Under the pieces are notes generated by a model. The model made no database searches. It was not told where the DNA came from and was given only the letters and a program-made list of their open reading frames with translations. A DNA stretch of 64,000 nucleotides from Octopus bimaculoides (taxonomy: Eukaryota). Shown here in pieces: positions 25,133 through 34,705 of the stretch; positions within the stretch are counted from its first letter, which is position 1; each line of letters opens with the position of its first letter. Position numbers and translations under genes: made by a program. The stretch covers positions 80,545,335-80,609,334 of the forward strand of contig NC_068983.1 in assembly GCF_001194135.2 (NCBI RefSeq), given 5' to 3'.

Positions 25133-26014
25133 TTGGGTCATCTCATAAATAATGTGGTTATTTCAATTGCATGAACTAAAAGTCGGAGGGGGACAGGATA
25201 AAATACCTGCATCAACTTGCTATAAAAGCAGGTAGAAACTTTACCCTGTCCTTATTTGATTTTAACAGTTACTTTTTCAAAGCTATAATGGAAGTGACAA
25301 AGGAGCATATTCGGCATATTTTGCTTTATGAGTTCAATAAAGGTAACTACACAATGGAAAGTGTGAGGAATAATAATGCAGTATAAGGGGATCAAACAAT
25401 AAGTGTAAGCCAGTGTCAATGGTGGTTCCAGAAATTACAAGTCAAAAACCACAGCCTTGAAGATGGTCCTGGAAGATCTGTAGAGCTCAACAAGGATGTC
25501 CTGCAAACCCTAGTGGAACAAAATCCCATTGTAACTGTTGAGGAACTAGTAGAGAAGCTTGGATTTCGTCTTTCAACCATTCATCGACACCTGCATGCCA
25601 TCGTGTTTTTGGCTTCAAGATGAAAGGCGTTCTTTCATCAGGATAATGCTCAGCCACATACAGCAAGGACGACATTTCAAAAGCTGGAGCAGTTTGAATG
25701 GGAAACGATGCCCCACTCACCATATTTGCCGGACATTGCCCCATCTGATTATCATTTATTCCGCAGTCTTCAAAATCTTTTGGACAGAAAAAACATGAAT
25801 TCTGTAGATGAGGTGAGAACAGTACTGGAGGAATATTTTTCATCATGGACAAGTGAATTTTGGAAGAGGGTCCTTGCAAGTCTACCAGATAGATGGAAGA
25901 GCATTGTAAAAGATGAAGGAGAGTATATTTTAGATTAAAGAAGAGTTTCGTTTATCTTAATTTTGAAAAATAATAGAAGTATAAAAAAACTGCATTATTA
26001 ATGGGATGACCCAA
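25133..26014 (+). mobile_element. Mariner (Tc1/mariner, DD34D) DNA transposon, internally deleted, both TIRs present
   Basis: Left TIR TTGGGTCATCTCATAAATAATGTGGTT; right TIR reverse complement TTGGGTCATCCCATTAATAATGCAGTT; TA target duplications at 25131-25132 and 26015-26016; transposase remnant inside. Confidence 0.95.
25288..25938 (+). pseudogene. Mariner transposase pseudogene
   Basis: N-terminal MEVTKEHIRHILLYEF...QWWFQK...GRSVEL (HTH region) is joined directly to the C-terminal FHQDNAQPHTARTTFQKLEQFEWETMPHSPYLPDIAPSDYHLFRSLQ. There are 34 residues between the 2nd and 3rd catalytic Asp. The WVPHEL region and first Asp are deleted, and in-frame stops are present. Confidence 0.93.
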
Positions 26015-26461
26015 TATATGTATGTACATGTGTGTGTGTGTGTGTTCTCTTCTGTTTTTAATTATTTAAATTTTTCCTTTGAGAAAGGAGCTGCTTTCCA
26101 ACAAAGATGCAAACCTCCATGGTTGGAATGTAGACAGTAAAAACAATGTCACATTTTAAACGTGAGAAAAGTCCGGCATATTTTTGCTGTAACACTTACA
26201 GATTTTATTTGTAATGTGCAAATTGGTTGATTTCTTTTTCTGAAAACCCTAGCCTATCCAGATTGTTACTTAGGTATTTACTCACAAAACCAAGTGCACC
26301 AATTATTATTGGTATAAATGTGAATTTATAATCTGGACATAGAAGTTGGAGGTTTTGAAGCATTTATCCTCTTTCTCTTTGAAAATCAAAGAGATATTCA
26401 CATCAGTAGGACAGCATATATAACGACAAGCTAGTTTTTGATGGAGTTTCTCTATTGAAGT

Positions 26462-26673
26462 CTAATGTCGGCTCTGTACCAATTAGATAGTACAGTTCTA
26501 TATTCAAGAGATGAGGAATTATGTACATTATTTACATTTGACGGATATTTGTCCTCGTCTTGTTTGTTGTTAACAAAAATATCCGTCAAATATAAATAAT
26601 GTAAATAATGTACATAATTCTTCATCTCTTAAATATAGAACTGTACTATCTAATGGTATAGAGCTGACATTAG
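26462..26673. repeat. Near-perfect long inverted repeat (fold-back)
   Basis: Left arm 26462-26550 and right arm 26578-26673 are reverse complements apart from about 5 differences and one 9-nt bulge; loop ~27 nt. Confidence 0.95.
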
Positions 26674-26829
26674 TCTCCAATGGATATATATAGAGCATAC
26701 ATAACGGTACATAAGTTTTCTTGTCTTACCCAAAAAACAATATGAGGCCTGTTATTTTTACACTTGATCAATGTTTTGATAGGAATGTTCCACCAGTATT
26801 CTTTGTGCTGATGTTTGTGTATGTATTCA

Positions 26830-27720
26830 ATAGCAGGTAGATTCTTTATATGTATTTCAGGACAGTCATCTTTCTGAATGGCATTGTATATTGCTTTTGT
26901 GACAATGTCATGTCACACAGGAAGGTAATAACTTGATGATATTTTGGGGTAGCTGTTATTCACGTCTGTGATGCCTTCCACAGAAATATGACATAATCAA
27001 CATTATTGGTTGCATCTTGGAGGTTCAAGGGTTTCACTGTCTCTTTTGTTATTTTGTAGCAATCTCCTGTTCTTGGATTGTAAATGCATCGCCTTTGAAG
27101 TGTGATGTAACTGTCATGAGTCCAAGAGAGATTGTGCTACATGTTGATATTACTGTCTTCTTCAGATCTTTGGGAAAAATACCCATCCATAGTCCTTTTT
27201 TGGTATGTTGAGGTATATTGTTAGTCCAGCTGTTTTGGGGTTGTATGGGAGGTCATCAGGAAGAGGGTGCTTACAAGGGAGTTTGCTACTGACATGTAGG
27301 ATATTGTTCTCTTCACATTTCAGCACTAAGTTAATATATTTATTTTGCTGCTGTTGTTTAGCAAGTGCTGTCTGAGAGAGACTGTACGACATTCAAAGGC
27401 TGTATGCACTCATCTCAAGCCTCTACCTCTGTCTGTCTACCTATTGTCTGTCAATATCACTATTTCTGTGGAGATTTCCAGTTGATGTCAGTACCTTGCA
27501 AGTTTTAACATCCATGAAGTGGATTTCCAGTATAGACCAGTCAAGCATCCCAAATGCTGGAATCAGCACTGTTATTGCAAATGCATTGTGGAATTTTGTC
27601 TTATTGTAAAAGGAGAGTGCTGACAGCCATATTTTCCCAAGTCTGACATAATATTCTCAGGTCACTCTATCTTCATTCACACTAGCTTCATATATTTTCA
27701 TCAATGCATAGATACTTATA
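26830..27720 (-). mobile_element. Dong/R4-clade non-LTR retrotransposon remnant
   Basis: The minus strand gives YNKTKFHNAFAITVLIPAFGMLDWSILEIHFMDVKTCKVLTSTGNLHRNSDIDR...RGL and PKISSSYYLPV*HDIVTKAIYNAI. These match the R4/Dong motifs KTRKxL...H..DVDRLY..GGRGL and the RH(D/N) segment before the restriction-like endonuclease. Confidence 0.75.
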
Positions 27721-27914
27721 GCATTCTTTGTATGGGGCAGGAGAGTTAGTGAGGCCATTGATGCACAGGATTAGGGTCTGGGGGACTGATTTTCCCCATT
27801 AAAATATGAACGGTTCTTTTTTGACCAAATTCCCTTCCTAAGTCAAGTGAAAATGTTATTAATTCCAGATATTTTTTCTGGCATTATTAACATTTTAGCA
27901 TAAATCTTGTTTGC

Positions 27915-28138
27915 TTCTATGCATGCATGCATGTATACATGTATGTATATGTGCATGTATGTGTATGCATGTGTGTATGCACAAATGCATGTATGATGTA
28001 TGTATAAGCACATATATATATATATATGCATGAATGAATGTATGTATCATGCATGTGTATATGATGTATGTGGCATGTATGTGTGTGAGCAGGCATATGT
28101 GTATACATGAGTATCAATGTATACGTGCATACGCATGC

Positions 28139-28169
<31 letters not shown>

Positions 28170-28320
28170 CGAAAGTAGGTAAATAGGCAGTTTGATAAGT
28201 AGATAGGTAGGTAGGTAGGTATGTAGGTAAGTAGGTAGGTATGTAGGTAAGTAGGTAGGTAGGTAGGTAAGTAGGTAGGTAGGTAGGTAGGTAGGTAGGT
28301 AGGTAGGTAAGTTTGTTGGT
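27915..28320. repeat. Compound (TATG)n/(TG)n and (TAGG)n microsatellite block
   Basis: Seen directly; source of the PTYL-repeat ORFs in the track. Confidence 0.95.
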
Positions 28321-28907
28321 AAGTTTGCAAATCCATTTTAAAATTTCAAGTGAAATACAAATTCTCCAGATATATAAAGACATGAAAGAAATATGATCTT
28401 GTTGTCTCTGATTCGTTTCAGTATAACTTTTAAACTAAATAATATTTAAGTTTTCATTTTTAGTATTATAAGTAGGTTAAACAAGATGCAAAGTCAAGTC
28501 CAATAACAGATGATATAGCAACAAAAATTTTTAAATAAAAGAAGAAATACCATCAAGATAAAAAGACTTACATCAAACATTAATTTATTGAGTAATGAGG
28601 TTATAAGCTTAAGTAAAGCAAAAATATGTTTTTAATTCTAAGTATATTAAAAGATATATATGCATGTGTGTTTGCACAAATATCTCATAGACACAAGCAT
28701 GACTGCATGGTTAAGAGGACTGTTTTACAACCATCTGGTTTTCCAGTTCAGTTTCATTGCACAGCACCTAGAGCAAGTGACTTCTAATATAGCCCAAGGT
28801 CAAGCAATGTCTCGGGAGCTACTGTGAGAAACAAAGCAAATGGGTGTGTGTGTGTGAGTGTGTGTCTTGCATGCATATGTGTGTACATTATGTGTGTGTG
28901 TGTTTAA

Positions 28908-29230
28908 TTGGCCAGAGCACTGGACTCACAATCATGAGGTAGTGAGTTTGATTCCCTGACCAGGTTGCGTGTTGTGTTCTTGAACAAGACACTTTATTTC
29001 ACATTGCTCCAGTTCACTTAGCTACAGAAATGAGTTGTGACACCACTGGTGCCAAGTTGTATTGGCCTTTGCCTTTCTCTTGGATAACATCAATGGTGTG
29101 GAGAGAGGAGGCTGGTATGCATGGGCAAAGCTGGTCTTCCATAAACAACCTTGCCCAAACTTGTGCCTTGGAGGGGAACTTTCTAGGTGCAATCCCTTGG
29201 TCATTCATGACCAAAAGGGATCTTTACCCT
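28908..29230 (+). mobile_element. SINE family B head and core with an alternative 3' tail
   Basis: tRNA-like head (GTGAGTTTGATTCCC B-box-like), core GTTGTGTTCTTGAACAAGACACTTTATTTCACATTGCTCCAG, and a tail (CTTCCATAAACAACCTTGCCC...GGTCATTCATGACC) that differs from 39116-39500. Confidence 0.75.
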
Positions 29231-29325
29231 TTATCCTTAATTGTTTTATCTTCTACTTGTTTCAGTCATCTGACCGTAGCCAAAATATGAAGAATCAATA
29301 TTAAAGGACGAATCTAATTCAACCG

Positions 29326-29370
<45 letters not shown>

Positions 29371-29371
<1 letters not shown>

Positions 29372-29510
29372 GCAACGGGCTTCTTTCAGTTTCCGTCTAC
29401 CAAATCCACTCACAAGGTTTTGGTCAGCCTAAGGCTAGAGTAGAAGACACTTGCCCAAGGTGCCACACAGGGGGACTGAACCCGGAATCAAGCTTCTTAC
29501 TACACAGCCA
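29371..29510 (-). mobile_element. SINE family A, 5' half only
   Basis: GGGCTTCTTTCAGTTTCCGTCTACCAAATCCACTCACAAGG...CTTACTACACAGCCAT is the reverse complement of the family A 5' module, ending in (CA)n. Confidence 0.9.
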
Positions 29511-29553
29511 TATACTCCACACACACAAATATATATATATATTCTATATATAT

Positions 29554-29940
29554 AGGCACAGGAGTGGCTGTGTGGTAAGTAGCTTGCTTATTGCTTACCA
29601 ACCACATGGTTCCGGGTTCAGTCCCACTGCGTGGCATCTTGGGCAAGGGTCTTCTACTATAGCCTCAGGCTGACCAAATCCTTGTGAGTGGATTTGGTAG
29701 GCAGAAACTGAAAGAAACCTGTCATATATATGTATATATACATGTGTGTGTGTGTGTATTTGTGTGTCTGTGTTTGTCCCCCTAGCATTGTTTGACAACC
29801 GATGCTGGTGTGTTTATGTCCCTGTCACCTAGCGGTTCGGCATAGGCTTACAAAGAATAAGTCCCGGGGTCGATTTGCTTGACTAAAGGCGGTGCTCCAG
29901 CATGGCCACAGTCAAATGACTGAAACAAGTAAAAGAGTAA
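29554..29940 (+). mobile_element. SINE family A, full-length copy
   Basis: Head GGCACAGGAGTGGCTGTGTGGTAAG (A-box-like), GGTTCAGTCCC (B-box-like), CTTGGGCAAG core-like motif, internal (TA)/(TG) repeat, 3' module, and GTAAAAGAGTAA tail. Confidence 0.92.
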
Positions 29941-30094
29941 TTAAATCTAATATAGATGTTGGTTGGCTGGTTGGTTGAAAATTCTGCAGCCACACTCTAC
30001 ATTGCATAGAGAGATGGGGATAGAGAGAAAAAAAGAGAGATATATAAAGGATTAATATAAGATGTCCATGAGGAGTGGGAAGATAAAAATCATA

Positions 30095-30255
30095 GATATT
30101 TGAGGAGGGGAAGGGAAGAGGGAAGGGAAATGGAAGGGGAGAGTGAGGGGAAGAGGAGGGGAGAGAGAGGGGATGAGGAGGGGAAGAGGAAAGGAGAGAG
30201 AGGGGATGAGGAGGGGAAGAGGAGTGAGAGAGGAAGGAAGAAGAGGGGGAATAAG
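30095..30255 (+). repeat. Polypurine G-rich low-complexity tract
   Basis: Many GGG/GGGG runs separated by short A-rich spacers; internal direct repeat GAGAGAGAGGGGATGAGGAGGGGAAGAGGA twice. Confidence 0.9.
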
Positions 30256-31208
30256 CGAAAAAGTAGTTATGGTAGGAGGTATGCAAACGAGAAAATAGTT
30301 ATATTTAATTTTATTTAAAAGTAAAAAATAGACACTTTCCATTCGAAAATTAGTATTCATTTCCTCATTTTGTATAAACACCAAGAAATTTTATAAAATT
30401 TTATATGTATATATATATATATATANNNNNNNNNNNNNNNNNNNNNNNNNNNNNNNNNNNNNNNNNNNNNNNNNNNNNNNNNNNNNNNNNNNNNNNNNNN
30501 NNNNNNNNNNNNNNNNNNNNNNNNNNNNNNNNNNNNNNNNNNNNNNNNNNNNNNNNNNNNNNNNNNNNNNNNNNNNNNNNNNNNNNNNNNNNNNNNNNNN
30601 NNNNNNNNNNNNNNNNNNNNNNNNNNNNNNNNNNNNNNNNNNNNNNNNNNNNNNNNNNNNNNNNNNNNNNNNNNNNNNNNNNNNNNNNNNNNNNNNNNNN
30701 NNNNNNNNNNNNNNNNNNNNNNNNNNNNNNNNNNNNNNNNNNNNNNNNNNNNNNNNNNNNNNNNNNNNNNNNNNNNNNNNNNNNNNNNNNNNNNNNNNNN
30801 NNNNNNNNNNNNNNNNNNNNNNNNNNNNNNNNNNNNNNNNNNNNNNNNNNNNNNNNNNNNNNNNNNNNNNNNNNNNNNNNNNNNNNNNNNNNNNNNNNNN
30901 NNNNNNNNNNNNNNNNNNNNNNNNNNNNNNNNNNNNNNNNNNNNNNNNNNNNNNNNNNNNNNNNNNNNNNNNNNNNNNNNNNNNNNNNNNNNNNNNNNNN
31001 NNNNNNNNNNNNNNNNNNNNNNNNNNNNNNNNNNNNNNNNNNNNNNNNNNNNNNNNNNNNNNNNNNNNNNNNNNNNNNNNNNNNNNNNNNNNNNNNNNNN
31101 NNNNNNNNNATATATATATATACATACCATATTTCCTGATATTACTCATGGTGGTAATGTATACTTTCAAAGTTAACTATCATATAACAGATAGTACTGT
31201 ATGTGTGT

Positions 31209-31249
<41 letters not shown>

Positions 31250-31294
31250 TGTGTGCATGGGTGCATGTGCGTGCGTGTGTGTGTGTGTGTGTGT

Positions 31295-31475
31295 GTGTGT
31301 TTCTGTGTTTGTCCACTCAGCAGCTTACATCCCTGTAAGTTAGCAGTTTGGCAAAAGGGACTGACAGAATAAGTATTAGGCTTACAAAGTATAAGTCCTG
31401 CACTCAATTTGTTCAACTAAAGGCAGTGCTCCAGCATGGTCACAGTCAAAATGACTGAAACAAGTAAAAGAATAA
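31295..31475 (+). mobile_element. SINE family A, 3' half only
   Basis: Follows (TG)n; CTGTGTTTGTCC...AAAGGCAGTGCTCCAGCATGGTCACAGTCAAAATGACTGAAACAAGTAAAAG. Confidence 0.85.
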
Positions 31476-31579
31476 ATTTTAAAAACTGTGGAAAAAACTG
31501 TGGAAAAACTATGTGTGTGTGTATGTATGTATGTATGTATGTATGTATATATACACACGCACACTTATATATGTATATA

Positions 31580-31735
31580 CAGATGTGGCTATGTGGTAGG
31601 AAGTTTACTTCCTAAGCACATGGTCTCTGCTTCAGTCTCACAGCATGGCACCTTAGGCAAGTATCTTCTACAACATCCTTGAGCCACTAAAGCCTTAATA
31701 GTGTAGTTGGTAGAAACTGAAAGAAGCTCATCATA
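31580..31735 (+). mobile_element. SINE family A, 5' half only, decayed
   Basis: GTGGCTATGTGGTAGGAAG...GGCACCTTAGGCAAGTATCTTCTAC...GGTAGAAACTGAAAGAAGCTC, running into (TA)n. Confidence 0.8.
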
Positions 31736-31809
<74 letters not shown>

Positions 31810-32687
31810 CAAACACACACACATATATATATGCATGTCTATGTATATATATATATATATACAAACATACATACAGATATACACACGCACACACGCACAC
31901 ACACATACACACACATGCACATACATACATATATGTATATACATATATGCATATACATATAGATACATATATATGTTTTATATATGTTTTTATGTATTCA
32001 TACATGCATACACATGAGTAAATTTTGTCCTCCATTTAATCGAACAATTATGTATCTCTTGCACGACTAAATTTCTGCTTAGCAGTTGTTATATTTATAT
32101 TTACTTTTCATAAAAATCAAACTGAAGAAGAATTTATCACATCATATTCTTCTTAAACAAGAATGTTTGTTCTAAATAAATTGAATTATATTGTAGGTGA
32201 CATTTTTTCCTGAAATTTTGCTTTGCTTTCTTCTTAGTTTCACTTTTAACTTTTCCATTTTCATTTTTATTCTCTGAAATTCACAAATCTTAGTGTATAT
32301 TAGTAAGTTGCAAATACAATAAAATAATAAAAATTCATTAAGAAAATTTAAATAATATCTAAAGATAATTTTCAATAGTTAAATATATTTATATGAAATT
32401 GATTAAAAATGAATCCTAAGAAATGTATATAAGTCCTGATGAAAATTTCCAAAGTAAGTTAGATATTTTATTGTGGATAAGATTGAATATTCGATATACA
32501 AAGCAGTTTCATTTAAATGTCTTCTCTCCTTTTCTATAATCATTAAGTTATATTAGAAGGCATTATGATACAGAAAAAACAAAACTATAATAAAATGGAA
32601 TAAATTTGTTACTAAAATTGTTTATGTATCCAATTTTGTTTACATGTTTTGTTCATTCCTATTCTGTGTTGTCCTTTCATTTTTAAG

Positions 32688-32705
32688 GATGCACATATTC
32701 TTCAA
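32688..32705 (+). CDS. Candidate 18-nt micro-exon (DAHILQ if phase 0)
   Basis: Pyrimidine-rich acceptor TTGTCCTTTCATTTTTAAG| and consensus donor CAA|GTGAGT; length divisible by 3. It could arise by chance. Confidence 0.25.
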
Positions 32706-33627
32706 GTGAGTAATGTTCAATGGTATGAATTCAGAGTGAAAATATCATTAGTAAATCGTAAAATTTGTAAGCTTATTTAAATTATTTCGTTTTTATCAAT
32801 TCATAATTCATAATAAAAAATAAAAAATTTGATTCAAACTTGAGGATAAAACATTTAACTGATCTATATTCTTTATATTATCTAGGCCTATTATATTGGA
32901 TTTACGTCTGTAAATAGGATATACTTTATATCGCAGAGAGCTGTAATAATGCAACACATTCCTAAATGTCTGTTGATTAAAGCAATACAGATTCATCTAA
33001 GCATGAATACAATCTACACACACACACACACACACACACATACACACACGCACGCACACACACACAAACGTGTGTGTGTGTATGTATATGTATATTGATA
33101 GATATGTATTCTTTTATTCTTTTAATGGTTTTAGTCATTCAATGGCACCTTCAAGAATTTTAGCTGATCATGCTAACTCCCCTTCCTAGCAGTTAGCATT
33201 TGGACTCATGACTGTAGGGTTGTGGTTTCAATTCTTGGACCAGATGATGTATTGTGTTTTTGGGCAAAATACTTCATTTCATACTTCTCCAGGTTACTCA
33301 ACTGAAAAAGTACCCCAGCAACTGAGTGGCAACCCAGCCGTGGACTGGCAACTTGTTTAGGGGAGAGGGAAATCTTGTACACTTAGTCCCCTAAATGGCT
33401 AGGAAATCTGGTCTCATGTGCAGACAAATTTTCTTCTTCTTTTTTTTTTATGTTGTCCATTTATTTAGTTATGGGAATTATTTCATTGTTCTATATGTAT
33501 CAGAGAATGGTTAAATTATCTTTTTGACATATTTGTTTTATATAGGTAGACATTAAACACCGATAAATACACAGAAGGATGTGTGTGTGTCTGTGTCCAT
33601 GTGTATACTATTATGTAGCAGTGTATT

Positions 33628-33670
<43 letters not shown>

Positions 33671-33849
33671 TTTAGGAAGTTGATGTTATGGCTAGTCAGA
33701 GAGTGACTATTGGTTTTGCACTTATAAAGCACTTAACTGTATACAAGACTCGGCCATTTGAGTCTGATGAGTTACCTATATGGCAAAACATTTTATACAG
33801 GTGGAACCAATGGTCACTCTCTGACTAGCCATAACATCAACTTCCTAAA
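33671..33849. mobile_element. MITE-like palindromic element with 45-bp terminal inverted repeats
   Basis: 33671-33715 (TTTAGGAAGTTGATGTTATGGCTAGTCAGAGAGTGACTATTGGTT) and 33805-33849 are reverse complements with a single mismatch; no ORF; superfamily unassigned. Confidence 0.75.
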
Positions 33850-33914
33850 AATTATTTTACTACTCTTATGTTTTAGAGTGTGCTTTAATTTTTTTGATAG
33901 ATGAACTACTGAAG

Positions 33915-33952
<38 letters not shown>

Positions 33953-34004
33953 TCATCATCATCATCATAACTTTCTTATCTTCCATTTTAAAGAATTACA
34001 GAAT

Positions 34005-34480
34005 TGTGATAAAGCTTACCAAAAGCGAAACTAGCCTTGCCGATTCTGGACTCGATTTCTTTATCCATCTTCACATCATTGGCCACAATGGAACCAAGAA
34101 AAGTGAAGGAGGAAACAGTTTTTAATACTTTCCCATCAACATATAGAATAGGGGCAACTGTGGGAAGATGATCACAAATGGGCTGATGGACAAGCTCAGT
34201 TTTCTTGAGGCAGATGATCAGACCAAAACCCTTCAATGCACATGAGATGTTGTGTAGAATCCATTGCATGCGCTCAAGAGTGTGTGCTACAAATGCACAA
34301 TCATCTGCGAAGAGCAAATCCTGAACAGTTTGTACCAAAGTCTTAGTTTTTGCTTTGAAGTGCTGTTGGTTGAACAAGCCACCACCAGTTTTGTACTCGA
34401 AATTTACTCCTTCTTTAACATCCTCGAATGCTGTTTCCAACATGACGGAGAAATACAAAGCATTATATGGCCGGATTGTC
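34005..34480 (-). mobile_element. RTE-BovB-like reverse transcriptase fragment
   Basis: Open frame with GGLFNQQHFKAKTK...VQDLLFADDCAFVAHT...GFGLIICLKKTELVHQP...FTFLGSI...EIESRIGKASFAFGKL. This has the catalytic FADD and the BovB-type KT..LLFADDCAL and RI.KAS.AFG.L motifs. Confidence 0.9.
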
Positions 34481-34519
34481 AATGAATGAACTGACATATA
34501 TATATATATATATATATAT

Positions 34520-34705
34520 TCGAAACGCCTAGTTTAGAATAGAGGCAGCTGATGAAGGAAAAGTTTCATAAGTGGCTCATCTGTTTTCCTGTGTTCATTC
34601 TGTTGTCCGTAAAATAAGTCTGTTTTTGTGCTTTGTTCCCGTTCCTTTTTTTACGTCCTGTACCCAGATATGCATCTATATATACATGTAGATGTAGGTA
34701 TGTAC
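34520..34705 (+). repeat. Unclassified interspersed repeat, copy 1 (embedded in microsatellites)
   Basis: TTCGAAACGCC...GGCAGCTGATGAAGGAAA...ACGTCCTGTACCCAGATATGCATCTATATATACA(T/G)GTAGATGTAGGTATGTACATA is shared with 49615-49790. Confidence 0.8.

Noticed and set aside
25487-25879. 130-aa minus-strand ORF
   Set aside because: Antisense shadow of the mariner transposase.
34520-34565. Functional cis hammerhead ribozyme (also 49620-49670)
   Set aside because: GAAA precedes CTGATGA with only one intervening stem; no stem I and no NUH site can be drawn.
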